Part shown: piece after piece, positions 9,617 to 20,358 of the stretch
How positions within the stretch are numbered: position 1 is the first letter of the stretch
How the letters are laid out: every line of letters starts with the position of its first letter
DNA from: an uncultured bacterium
GTDB lineage: Bacteria; Cyanobacteriota; Vampirovibrionia; Gastranaerophilales; Gastranaerophilaceae
Direction: 5' to 3'
DNA: 64,000 nucleotides
Assembly (NCBI GenBank): GCA_902766395.1
Contig: CACXDL010000041.1
Coordinates: forward strand, 1,400 to 65,399
Program-made: the position numbers and the translations under genes
The notes under the pieces: generated by a model
What the model saw: the letters and a program-made list of their open reading frames with translations, nothing else
Database searches by the model: none
What the model was told of the DNA's origin: nothing

Positions 9617-10486
9617 TTGCCTGAAAGTAGAAAAATTACATTAGCGAAATATGCAGGGTTCTGTTACGGAGTAAAAAGAGCCGTTGAAACTGTTGAAAAA
9701 TTAAAACAGGAAAACCCTGAAAAAAAAGTTTGTGTTCTGGGAGAACTTATACACAATAATGATGTTATAAAAAGTCTTGCAGATCATGGTGTTAAAACAA
9801 TTGAAACTTTACCTGATTCCGGTGAAGGATACTGTGTTATAAGAACTCATGGTCAAAGTCCTGACGTTTTTGAACAAATAGAAAATGCCGGATTTATTCC
9901 ATATGATTTAACTTGTCCTGATGTTAAAAAGGTTCAGCAAAAAGCCATTGAACTTGTACAAAACGGCTATTATCTTATAATTGTCGGAAAAGAAGAGCAC
10001 CCTGAAGTTGTTGCAATAAAAGCAAATGCTCTACAATACGGACAAAAAGTCATTGTTGCGACAAATATTGAGCAGCTTAAAAATTTTGAAGAAAAACTAA
10101 AAGAAAACAAAAAAATAGGAGTTGTCGTCCAAACAACCCAAATGCTTTCAACATTAAATCCTGTAGTTGAATTTCTGACATCAGTTTCAAAAGAATTGAT
10201 TATATACAACACAATATGTCCAAGTACTTCACGCAGACAAAAAGAAGCAGAAGAGATGGCAAAAGAAAACGATTTAATGATAGTTGTAGGCTCAAAAAAC
10301 AGTGCTAATACAACCCACTTAGCTGATATTGCAAAAAAAATAACAAATACTATACATATTGAATCAGAAAAAGAACTTGCTCAATATAAAGACATAATAG
10401 ATAAAACAAAAAAAATAGGTATTACAGCAGGAGCTTCAACTCCTCAAAATATAATAGACAAAGTCATTGAAGAATTGAACAAATAA
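9617..10486 (+). CDS. ispH: 4-hydroxy-3-methylbut-2-enyl diphosphate reductase
   Basis: GFCYGVKRAV N-terminal motif, conserved Cys positions, typical length. Start is TTG; the exact start is uncertain. Confidence 0.9.
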   Translation: MPESRKITLAKYAGFCYGVKRAVETVEKLKQENPEKKVCVLGELIHNNDVIKSLADHGVKTIETLPDSGEGYCVIRTHGQSPDVFEQIENAGFIPYDLTCPDVKKVQQKAIELVQNGYYLIIVGKEEHPEVVAIKANALQYGQKVIVATNIEQLKNFEEKLKENKKIGVVVQTTQMLSTLNPVVEFLTSVSKELIIYNTICPSTSRRQKEAEEMAKENDLMIVVGSKNSANTTHLADIAKKITNTIHIESEKELAQYKDIIDKTKKIGITAGASTPQNIIDKVIEELNK

Positions 10487-10506
10487 AAAGAAAAGGAGAA
10501 AATAAA

Positions 10507-11586
10507 ATGACACAAGCAACATTAGACGAATTCGAAAAACTGTTAGAAGAAAGTTTTTCAAAATCACACACAGTAGCAGACATCGTAGAAGGAACTATTC
10601 TTAAAAAAGAAAAAGACGGATACCTTGTAAGCGTACACGGAACAAAAACTGAAGCATTTTTACCTGAAAGAGAAATTTCATCTTCAGAAGAAGGAAGTTC
10701 AGTTGAACTTGGAGATGTAAAAGAATTTTATGTATTAAAAGAAGAAACAGATGAAGAAGGCATGATGTTATCACTTAAAAGACTTGCATTTGCTCAAGCT
10801 TGGGCTCAACTTAACGATGCAAAAGTTCAGGGTGACACAATTCTTGCAAAAGTTGTTTCAGTTGTTAAAGGTGGTGTACTAGTTGATATAGCAGATTTGA
10901 AAGGTTTTATCCCTTCTTCTCAACTTAGAACAGGTACACCATTTGACGGTCTTTTAGATCAAAAAATTGAAGTTAAAGTTCTTGAGGCTGATCCAAAGAA
11001 AAACAAACTTATCTTATCTCAAAGACAAGCTATTGCTGAACAAAGAGACCAAGTTGTTGACAACATTCTTTCTACTTTGGAAGAAGGACAGGTTGTTAAA
11101 GGTGAAGTTGTAAGAATTGCTGATTTTGGAGCATTTATTGATATCAACGGTATCGATGGATTATTACCTATTTCTGAAATTTCTTGGTCAAGAATTAAAC
11201 ATCCTTCTGATGTTATTTCTTTAGGAGAAACTTTAGAAGTAAAAATAATTAAAATTGATAACGAATTAAAGAGAATCTCATTATCATTAAAAAGAATGGG
11301 AGAAGATCCATGGCAACAGATAGAAGGTCAATTCTCTGAAGGTCAGGTAATTACAGGAACAGTCAATAAAGTTACCGGTTTTGGAGCTTTTATTAACATA
11401 TTCCCTGGAGTTGAAGCACTATTACCTGTTTCTGAAATGGCAGAAGAAAATATTAATCCGTTTAATCAATTCAAAGTTGGTGACAGCGTAGAAGTTCTTA
11501 TTAAGAAATTCACACCGCAAGAACACAGAATCGCTTTAAGTATTAAAGATATAAATTCTGCAGAAACAACAACCTCAGAAGAATAA
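10507..11586 (+). CDS. rpsA: 30S ribosomal protein S1 (four S1 domains)
   Basis: Repeated S1 OB-fold motifs (G.V..V...G..V.....GFIP / GLLPISE). AAGGAG Shine-Dalgarno. Sits downstream of ispH, a common arrangement. Confidence 0.9.
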   Translation: MTQATLDEFEKLLEESFSKSHTVADIVEGTILKKEKDGYLVSVHGTKTEAFLPEREISSSEEGSSVELGDVKEFYVLKEETDEEGMMLSLKRLAFAQAWAQLNDAKVQGDTILAKVVSVVKGGVLVDIADLKGFIPSSQLRTGTPFDGLLDQKIEVKVLEADPKKNKLILSQRQAIAEQRDQVVDNILSTLEEGQVVKGEVVRIADFGAFIDINGIDGLLPISEISWSRIKHPSDVISLGETLEVKIIKIDNELKRISLSLKRMGEDPWQQIEGQFSEGQVITGTVNKVTGFGAFINIFPGVEALLPVSEMAEENINPFNQFKVGDSVEVLIKKFTPQEHRIALSIKDINSAETTTSEE

Positions 11587-11610
11587 TTGATTTATGTATC
11601 ATATAAAAAA

Positions 11611-11638
11611 TAAGGTGCTGAAATGCACCTTATTTTTT
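11611..11638 (+). terminator. Rho-independent terminator
   Basis: TAAGGTGC (11611-11618) pairs with GCACCTTA (11625-11632), followed by TTTTTT. Confidence 0.75.
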
Positions 11639-11709
11639 GGGGCTAAATTCAAATAAAAAAAGTATTATTTTATCTATGAATATTTTAGTAAAGGTGATAT
11701 AATGATTTT

Positions 11710-13500
11710 ATGAGTGAAAAAGGTTTGACTAAACAAAATCGTTTGATAATCATAGGTTTAATTATCAGTACATTATTAATAATGGCTATAGCCATATTTG
11801 TCACCGTAAATATTCAAAGAAATTTGAATGACAGCTATAAAAGTTTTGGGCAAGTTATCTCTAAGACTCTTGCTATAGAAAGCGTTGAAATAACAAAAAA
11901 TGTTCCCCAAAATCAAATTAAACAGACTTTGCAAAAACATTCCGAGCCTATATTAAAATCCCACAAAGATATTCTTTCGCTCGAAATTAGGGATAAAAAC
12001 GGATCAATAATTTTTGCCGCAAAGAATCCGCAAAAAGAAAAATCCAAACAACCAAGTATTTCAGTGTCCTCTCCAATGATAAATATTGAATCAGGAGAAA
12101 ATATAGGTTCTGTAACTATTGGTTTGTCTGGTACTATTATTGAAAAACTGTCCTCCACAACAAGGGCTTCCATAATGTTTGTGTTTACCATTGTTTGGCT
12201 TGTTTTTGCATTTGTTGTTTTAATAAATACATATCTTATAACAAGAGAACTCAAAATACTGCACGACGGTGTAAGAAAAATTTCATCTAAAGAATTTGGA
12301 TATAAGATTGAGGGTAAAGACGTAAGTGACGAAGTCAGAGAATTATTTAAAGAATTTAACGACATGTCAAATAAACTCCGTCAGTACGAAGAATCAAACA
12401 TTGATCAATTGACACTTGAAAGAAATAAATTAAAAACAGTCCTAATGAGTATTGCTAACGGAGTTATTGTTTGTGACAACAATGATACTGTTTCTTTGAT
12501 AAATAACCATGCAAAACAATTACTTGAATTGCAGGAAGATCAATTACTTAATTCTAATATTAAAAATTATGTTGATTCCGACGGGAATTACTGTTTTAAC
12601 GAGAAAATTAATGAATACAAAAAATTATCTTTAGAAGAAAAATCAGCAAAACCGGTTATTTTTGATTTGAAATTAGACGATAAAACATTACGTGCGATTA
12701 TATCGCCAATGCTTACCAGAAATTATGAATATTTGGGGTATATTATCGTTCTTTTGGATATAACCAAAGAAGCTGAAATGGAAGTTATGAGAGCACAATT
12801 TATTTCTAATGTCTCTCATGAATTAAGAACTCCGGTAACAGTTTTAAGAAGTTATATTGATACTCTTTATGATATGGGAAATGATTTTGATTATGAGTCA
12901 CAAAAAGAATTTATAGGAACGCTGCATACCGAAATAATAAGACTTCATAACATGGTTAATGATATACTTGATTTTTCAAGACTTGATTCCAACGCTAAAA
13001 TAGAAAAATCCGAGAATGATATTTCTCAATTAGTCGATTATTGTGTATCAGAAGTGCAAGCCCTGCTTAAAGAACACAATTTAAATATAAAAGTTGAAAA
13101 AGAAGAAGATATTCCTATGATTAATTGTAATTATGATGCAATTGCAAGAGCTTTAACAAATTATTTATCAAATGCAATTAAATATGCACCGGAAAATTCT
13201 ACAATAACCGTACGTTTATACAAAGAGGAAGTAAATAATCAAATAATTATTACAGTTCGAGATGAAGGTATCGGTATTGCACCGGAATATCAGAAGAAAG
13301 TATTTGAAAGATTTTACAGAGTAGAAAATAAAACCCATAGTGTAAAAGGTACGGGTTTAGGACTACATTTGGTCAAAACAACTATAGAAAAACATCACGG
13401 GGGACATGTTTTTGTAAACTCTGTTCCTGACCACGGAGCAACATTTGGTTTTACACTTCCAATTAGAGAAGAAGAAAACTTTAATGAAGATTTGATTTAA
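11710..13500 (+). CDS. Sensor histidine kinase (TM-HAMP-PAS-HisKA-HATPase)
   Basis: H-box SHELRTP, N-box NAIKYAP, G-boxes DEGIGI and GTGLGL, two TM segments. No adjacent response regulator. TGaTATAAT-N6-ATG upstream. Confidence 0.85.
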   Translation: MSEKGLTKQNRLIIIGLIISTLLIMAIAIFVTVNIQRNLNDSYKSFGQVISKTLAIESVEITKNVPQNQIKQTLQKHSEPILKSHKDILSLEIRDKNGSIIFAAKNPQKEKSKQPSISVSSPMINIESGENIGSVTIGLSGTIIEKLSSTTRASIMFVFTIVWLVFAFVVLINTYLITRELKILHDGVRKISSKEFGYKIEGKDVSDEVRELFKEFNDMSNKLRQYEESNIDQLTLERNKLKTVLMSIANGVIVCDNNDTVSLINNHAKQLLELQEDQLLNSNIKNYVDSDGNYCFNEKINEYKKLSLEEKSAKPVIFDLKLDDKTLRAIISPMLTRNYEYLGYIIVLLDITKEAEMEVMRAQFISNVSHELRTPVTVLRSYIDTLYDMGNDFDYESQKEFIGTLHTEIIRLHNMVNDILDFSRLDSNAKIEKSENDISQLVDYCVSEVQALLKEHNLNIKVEKEEDIPMINCNYDAIARALTNYLSNAIKYAPENSTITVRLYKEEVNNQIIITVRDEGIGIAPEYQKKVFERFYRVENKTHSVKGTGLGLHLVKTTIEKHHGGHVFVNSVPDHGATFGFTLPIREEENFNEDLI

Positions 13501-14039
13501 ATTCCTATAAGATTTAAATATCCCAGGGAAATTCCGATGATAGCCGAAACTCCAAGATAAAACAGAGGATCAAATTTTTTCTTAAATGAAGCTATAACAA
13601 AGGTAGCCAAGATAATAAGCCCGATGAGATGCAAGTTAGAAGTAAAGAGCAATTTTATGCCAACAGCAGATAAAAGAGCACATCCTGCAGGTTTTAAAGA
13701 AGCAACAATATTTTTAACATAAATATTCGATTCAAATTTATCCAAAATTTTAGATACTATAGTCACAAAAATAAAAGAAGGAAGAACGATTGCAGATGTT
13801 GCAATCGCAGCCCCCAAAATACCTGAGGTCGAAAAACCTGCAAAAGTTGCCATATTAACACCCACAGGTCCGGGGGTTATGGAAGAAATAGCAAGCATAT
13901 CTGTTAATTGTTTGACTGTAAACCAATTATATTTTTGCGCAATATCGTACAAAAAAGGTATAGTTGCATACCCCCCACCAAAAGAAAAAACTCCGATATT
14001 AAAAAACTGAGCAAACAAAAGAAGATACAATCTAATCAT
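13497..14039 (-). CDS. Short-chain chromate transporter (CHR) family protein
   Basis: GGGYATIPF motif. Start reassigned to the ATG at 14039, which overlaps the upstream CHR gene stop by 8 nt (ATGATTAG). Confidence 0.8.
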   Translation of the reverse strand: MIRLYLLLFAQFFNIGVFSFGGGYATIPFLYDIAQKYNWFTVKQLTDMLAISSITPGPVGVNMATFAGFSTSGILGAAIATSAIVLPSFIFVTIVSKILDKFESNIYVKNIVASLKPAGCALLSAVGIKLLFTSNLHLIGLIILATFVIASFKKKFDPLFYLGVSAIIGISLGYLNLIGI

Positions 14040-14592
14040 ATTTTTGCTCCTGTTTTTTATTGAAAAATACCGCATGTACAATTCCTAAAACTACAGCAAA
14101 TATTACGATTATTGCAGGAGACATATCTGTTAATAAAGCCAACAGCACGCATGACGTGTAGACAGCAACAGAAAATTTATCAACAATACATTTTTTCCAC
14201 ATCTCAGCAACCGCTAAAAATAATAGGGTTATGACTCCTATTCCGACCCCCCAAAACATATATTTAACAAAATTATATCTGACTATTTCGTTAAAAATTG
14301 ATGCAAGCAAAATTATAGCAATGAAAGCCGGCAATATAACACCTAACAAAGCTGCAATAGCGCCTTTGGTTTTTAATAGTTTTCTTCCTGTAAATATCGC
14401 AGTATTTGCAGCAATAATCCCGGGTAAAGATGTACTTATCGCATAATACTGCACAAGTTCATCAGATGTTATCCACTTCTTTTTATCAACCAATTCACTT
14501 TGCAATAATGGAAGAATAACATACCCTCCACCTAAAAGAAGAAGACCAATTTTAAAAAAAGTTTTAAAAACAGAAAAGAATGTTTTATCCAT
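14032..14592 (-). CDS. Short-chain chromate transporter (CHR) family protein
   Basis: LLLGGGYVILPLL motif. Paired with the second CHR half-size gene, as in known two-gene CHR systems. Confidence 0.8.
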   Translation of the reverse strand: MDKTFFSVFKTFFKIGLLLLGGGYVILPLLQSELVDKKKWITSDELVQYYAISTSLPGIIAANTAIFTGRKLLKTKGAIAALLGVILPAFIAIILLASIFNEIVRYNFVKYMFWGVGIGVITLLFLAVAEMWKKCIVDKFSVAVYTSCVLLALLTDMSPAIIVIFAVVLGIVHAVFFNKKQEQKYD

Positions 14593-14660
14593 AGATATAG
14601 AATATTAGAAAAAAATTTAAAAACCAATTATTAAAATAAATTAACATTTTTAAAACTTAG

Positions 14661-14700
14661 GCAATTTTTTAAAACTAAAATACTTTATAAAAATATAGGG
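14661..14700 (+). promoter_or_regulatory. Recurrent 40-bp promoter-like motif, copy A
   Basis: GCAATTTTTTAAAACTAAAATACTTTATAAAAATATAGGG. Matches copy B (17327-17366) at 34 of 40 positions without gaps. Lies 34 nt upstream of the ATG at 14735. Confidence 0.4.
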
Positions 14701-14734
14701 AAAAAGGTTAGTTATTTTTTGAAAGGTTATTGCT

Positions 14735-15406
14735 ATGAGTTTAAACACAAACGTAGGGTTACAAGGTTTTAATACAAATACGGCATCTGCAGGGGCAACC
14801 ACAAATCCTGCGTTACCGCAATTAAATACACCGTTTAATAATAGTATATTTAATTTACAGGCACCTGCTAAAGATTATTCACAGGATCTTATGATGCCTG
14901 ATTTTCTAAAAACAAATACGGCGCAAACATTTACTTCAACTGCTGCAGGTACTACAAATCCGCCTTCTCAAAGCGCAGATATTACACAACAAACAAACAT
15001 TGCACCGCAAACGCAAAATATTCAGACTCAAAATAACACAGTACAAACACCCGCAGGCTTGCAAAACAACATAACATTTCAACAGGATTTAACAAAGCTA
15101 CAGGCTCAAATTAATCAACAAATTGCACAGCAAAGTCCCGAAATAGGTATCTCAGAAAAAGGAAACTTATACAAAACTTCAAATAATGGCAAAAAGCTGG
15201 GACTATTTGGAGGTTTAGTAGCTCCGGTTGCCACAGGGGCATATGCATTAACTAAAGGAGCAAAAATCTCGAAAGCTTTTAACCTGAAAAATCTTTTAAT
15301 AAAATGTCCTTTGGTAGGAGTAGCAGGACTTGCAATCGGGGCAATAGCAGACTACTTTATTAATCGCTATAGAGCAAGCAAAGCAGATTCAACGCAACAG
15401 GCCTAG
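14735..15406 (+). CDS. Hypothetical Q/N/T-rich protein with a C-terminal pair of Gly-rich TM segments
   Basis: 223-aa ORF. N-terminus MSLNTNVGLQGFNTN. Low-complexity Q/N/T region. C-terminal LGLFGGLVAPVATGAYAL and LVGVAGLAIGAIA. Confidence 0.55.
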   Translation: MSLNTNVGLQGFNTNTASAGATTNPALPQLNTPFNNSIFNLQAPAKDYSQDLMMPDFLKTNTAQTFTSTAAGTTNPPSQSADITQQTNIAPQTQNIQTQNNTVQTPAGLQNNITFQQDLTKLQAQINQQIAQQSPEIGISEKGNLYKTSNNGKKLGLFGGLVAPVATGAYALTKGAKISKAFNLKNLLIKCPLVGVAGLAIGAIADYFINRYRASKADSTQQA

Positions 15407-15417
15407 AGTTAGAGAAT

Positions 15418-15816
15418 TTATTCTTGGTTATTTAGTTTCGCTTTTAATCTCGCTTTTGCCCTTGCAATAGAAGCTTCTATTCGCTTGGCATCCATTCTGG
15501 CATTTGCCTCTTTTAAACGGCGCCTTGCACGCTCAAGAGCCTCTCTTGCACGCATTTCATCTATTTCATCTCCTGCTTCTGCAAGAGTAGTTAAAATTAA
15601 ACATTCTTCATCTTTAAACTGCAAAATACCGCCCATTGTAGTAAAAGATTTTACTTCATTACCGATTTTTGCCTTAGTAACACCGATATCCAAAGCACTC
15701 ATAACCGGAATATGACCTTTTAGGATTCCAAACTCACCGTCTACACCTTTAGTGTAGATCTCATCAACTTCATCATCAAATACAACTCTTTCTTGAGTTA
15801 TTATTTTTAGTTTCAT
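15418..15816 (-). CDS. atpC: F1 ATP synthase epsilon subunit
   Basis: Typical N-terminal beta-sandwich sequence (KLKIITQERVVFD...) and C-terminal helical hairpin. Immediately downstream of atpD. Confidence 0.9.
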   Translation of the reverse strand: MKLKIITQERVVFDDEVDEIYTKGVDGEFGILKGHIPVMSALDIGVTKAKIGNEVKSFTTMGGILQFKDEECLILTTLAEAGDEIDEMRAREALERARRRLKEANARMDAKRIEASIARAKARLKAKLNNQE

Positions 15817-15823
15817 AAAAAAC

Positions 15824-17287
<1,464 letters not shown>

Positions 17288-17326
17288 TTATTTTTTAAAG
17301 ATTTTAATTATTTTTTATTAAAAAGA

Positions 17327-17366
17327 GCAATTTTTCTAAAAAAAAATACTTTATATAAATACAGGG
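17327..17366 (+). promoter_or_regulatory. Recurrent 40-bp promoter-like motif, copy B
   Basis: GCAATTTTTCTAAAAAAAAATACTTTATATAAATACAGGG, 22 nt upstream of the ATG at 17389. Confidence 0.4.
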
Positions 17367-17388
17367 GATATCTTATTAGGGGAAAAAC

Positions 17389-18822
17389 ATGGCTATAGGC
17401 AAAATTATTGCGCAAAAAGGGCTTAATTTATTATTTCATAATGGCAGGAATACAAAGAACCTATTAAACGAAACACCTTTATTGCAAATGTCAAAAGAAG
17501 TAGCAACAAAAACAAATACTCCCATCTTACATTTAAGATTGAAGCCGGATATAACAGTTCCTGTAAGACCAGAAACAATGGGCGCAAAAGCTCCTTCATT
17601 TGCCATACACAAAGGGAATATCGATACTCCGGCAGCAGATGCCGAATTAGGCAATTTGGCTCTTAGAATAAATTCTGCAGGGCATAAAATAGAAGCAGAA
17701 TTTAGAAAAACACTACAGAATTTATTTCCGGGATATGATGTTGCCACCAGAACTAAAGGAGTTGACTCTTTGCACTCTAAATTAAAGAAATACATTCCTA
17801 AAAATGGGGTAACCGTAACACAAGATAAAGATGCATATAAATTAACTACAGATTATGTTGCCGGTCGAATAGAACTAAAACAACTATCAAAAGATGAAAT
17901 TAACAACATCATAGAAAATACGGTTATAGACGGGAAAAAACTTACCCGAAGAGAAAAAAGATTTGTTCAAAGACTTTTAAAAAACGATAAAAGCCTGTCT
18001 AAAACACAGAAGAAAGCCGGAGAGAAATACCTTAGGCAAGTGCTACTAAATATGGCAGAAAAACAATCTGAGCCCGCGTTTAACAGTATAATGCTTGGAA
18101 TGATGAAAGATGCACTAAACAGAGGCATTACTACTATAGAAAAACTTGCGGCAGAGAATATTGATCCAAGATTAATAAAAGAATTGCAAACAAACCCAGC
18201 AATCCAGCCAATTAAAGTTACAAGATTCTGCAATTACAGAGGTCCAAACAACATTCCTGTTTTTACTGATAATCAAATCAGGCAAATTAAAAAAATGCAA
18301 TTAGCGACAGGGGAAAAATTTTCAATTGCGACATGCTCTGAAAAAATTGATGTGTCAAAATACGGTTTTGAAAATCTTACAGATATAGAAAAAGCCGCAA
18401 TCAAACAAGGAGGGTACACAAGAGCTCAAATGAATATAGAGCTTCCTGACGGTACAATATCCGAACTTCAAATTGCTGCAGGTAAAGATCCTTTCTATTT
18501 TATAGAACACGATTTAGTTTATAACAATTTACAAAATAAAAATACAATCAATGAGGCAATAAAACCTTTTATTGAAAGATATGATTCATTAGATAAAACA
18601 CAAAAAAATATTTTTGGCAGATATTCACAAAATTGTTACTACGACGACAGACTCCAAGGTCTTGTAGGAACCAGACGAATAAGAAAAAATCCTCACGGAC
18701 TGGGAAGAACTTTCTCAAGAGAATCAATGCATAAGCTATACATGAAAGACGCAGCAGATCAAAACGCAAAAATGAAAACTTTTGTACCTTATATAGAAGA
18801 ACCAATAAATTATGTAGCATAG
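17389..18822 (+). CDS. Divergent RelA/SpoT-homologue (RSH synthetase-like nucleotidyltransferase) with a large insertion
   Basis: Ordered motifs R121-x-K-x3-S-x3-K, D155-YVAG-R160, GGY343, E359-LQI and E373-H...Y378. Spacings mirror those of the bona fide Rel in this window (RAKHYYSIYAK / DVTAVR / NMYQSLH / EVQIRT / AHWRY), except for about 144 extra residues between the DxxGxR and GY motifs. Confidence 0.55.
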   Translation: MAIGKIIAQKGLNLLFHNGRNTKNLLNETPLLQMSKEVATKTNTPILHLRLKPDITVPVRPETMGAKAPSFAIHKGNIDTPAADAELGNLALRINSAGHKIEAEFRKTLQNLFPGYDVATRTKGVDSLHSKLKKYIPKNGVTVTQDKDAYKLTTDYVAGRIELKQLSKDEINNIIENTVIDGKKLTRREKRFVQRLLKNDKSLSKTQKKAGEKYLRQVLLNMAEKQSEPAFNSIMLGMMKDALNRGITTIEKLAAENIDPRLIKELQTNPAIQPIKVTRFCNYRGPNNIPVFTDNQIRQIKKMQLATGEKFSIATCSEKIDVSKYGFENLTDIEKAAIKQGGYTRAQMNIELPDGTISELQIAAGKDPFYFIEHDLVYNNLQNKNTINEAIKPFIERYDSLDKTQKNIFGRYSQNCYYDDRLQGLVGTRRIRKNPHGLGRTFSRESMHKLYMKDAADQNAKMKTFVPYIEEPINYVA

Positions 18823-18834
18823 ATCGGAGAAAAT

Positions 18835-19239
18835 ATGATAGAAATTTTTAATAAAGCTAAAATTATAAAATTAAACCCTTATAAAACAAATACAGTGAAT
18901 AATTTAAATTCTTCACTTAACAAGCTGCTTGAAAACATAACAAAAAGAGCTGAATATGAGATTTCAGACAACCACTATTATCGAAAAATAGATGAATCAT
19001 TTAATAATAGCGGATTAAATTGTAAAGGAATAGCTTTTTCGATTTCTCAAGACAGCGATAAATTCGGCGGTCATTTACTTGAAGTTTCAATGCTGCATCC
19101 ATCTATGAAAAAAGAAGTTTCAAGACCTCTTGCATATGGCAACAAAAAAGACATTCTTGATTTTCTTAAAAAAAAGGAATCCATAAAATCAATAAAAGAA
19201 GATCTTGAAGAAATGGTCGAAGATTTAATACATAATTAA
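18835..19239 (+). CDS. Hypothetical small protein (134 aa), co-transcribed with the RSH-like gene
   Basis: Starts 12 nt after the stop of the upstream gene, with a GGAG Shine-Dalgarno in the gap. No family recognised. Confidence 0.55.
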   Translation: MIEIFNKAKIIKLNPYKTNTVNNLNSSLNKLLENITKRAEYEISDNHYYRKIDESFNNSGLNCKGIAFSISQDSDKFGGHLLEVSMLHPSMKKEVSRPLAYGNKKDILDFLKKKESIKSIKEDLEEMVEDLIHN

Positions 19240-19305
19240 GAAATAATTAAAAAATAAATAAAATCTCTTAATTTATATTATTATATATAGTAGGAGATTT
19301 TCATT

Positions 19306-20319
19306 ATGAAATACAGAGATTATTATGAAATACTGGGTATAAAAAGAGGTGCAACAGAATCTGAAATAAAATCTGCCTACAGAAAACTTGCACGAAAATA
19401 CCACCCGGATGTCAATAAAACAAAAGAAGCCGAGGAAAAATTTAAGGAAATAAACGAAGCCTATGAAGTTTTAGGAGATAAACAAAAACGTCAAAGATAT
19501 GACAGTCTTGGAGCTAACTGGCAAGGAGGAGCAGATTATACGCCACCTCCGGGATTTGAAAATTTTGGCGGCGGAAACTTCCACCAATTCAACTTTGGCG
19601 GTGGTGATATGGGAGGTTTTTCAGACTTTTTCAGCTCTCTTTTTGGAGATATGATGGGAGGAAGAACTTCTCAAAGCAGCTTCGGGGGCTTTGACTTTGG
19701 AAACATGGGAGCCCAGCAACAATACCAAACACGCCAGCGTCCACGTAAGAAATCTCAGGATTTAGATATAACAACAAACCTTACGGTTACGGCAAAAGAT
19801 TTATTTTCTTCTGAACCAATTAATGTAAAATTTTCTGACGTAAGCAAATGTAATCAATGCCGTCCCGGAGAATTCTGCCCGCACTGCGGAGGTACAGGAT
19901 ACACAAAAGAAACAAAATCAATTAAAGTTAAACTGCCTAAAGAAATAAAAGAAGGTCAAAAAATCAGACTAAAAGGGGAAGGACGTATGGATGAATACGG
20001 TCAAAAAGGAGATTTATACCTCATTATAACCCCTAAAGACAGTGAATACGAAATAAACGGTTCAGATTTAACAAAAGATATTGAAATAACTCCACCTGAA
20101 GCCGTTTTAGGCTGTAAAAAAGAAATTAAAACACTCCACGGGAATATTGGAATTCAAATTCCTGCAATGACCTCAAGCGGTAAAATGCTGAGATTAAAAA
20201 ATTTAGGGCTTCCTAAAAAAACAGGAGGATTCGGAAACTTAAATGCTAAAATAAAAATAGTATTGCCTGATAAACTTTCCCCAAAAGAAATTGAACTTTA
20301 TAAGCAGCTTTCCAAGTAA
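19306..20319 (+). CDS. DnaJ/CbpA-like J-domain co-chaperone
   Basis: J domain with HPD (KYHPDVNK). G/F-rich region. Only one CxxC...CxxCGGxG unit ([18 protein letters not shown]). DnaJ C-terminal substrate-binding domains. Confidence 0.8.
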   Translation: MKYRDYYEILGIKRGATESEIKSAYRKLARKYHPDVNKTKEAEEKFKEINEAYEVLGDKQKRQRYDSLGANWQGGADYTPPPGFENFGGGNFHQFNFGGGDMGGFSDFFSSLFGDMMGGRTSQSSFGGFDFGNMGAQQQYQTRQRPRKKSQDLDITTNLTVTAKDLFSSEPINVKFSDVSKCNQCRPGEFCPHCGGTGYTKETKSIKVKLPKEIKEGQKIRLKGEGRMDEYGQKGDLYLIITPKDSEYEINGSDLTKDIEITPPEAVLGCKKEIKTLHGNIGIQIPAMTSSGKMLRLKNLGLPKKTGGFGNLNAKIKIVLPDKLSPKEIELYKQLSK

Positions 20320-20358
20320 TTTTGACAGCTTACTTGACAGGCATGCTATAATTAATAT

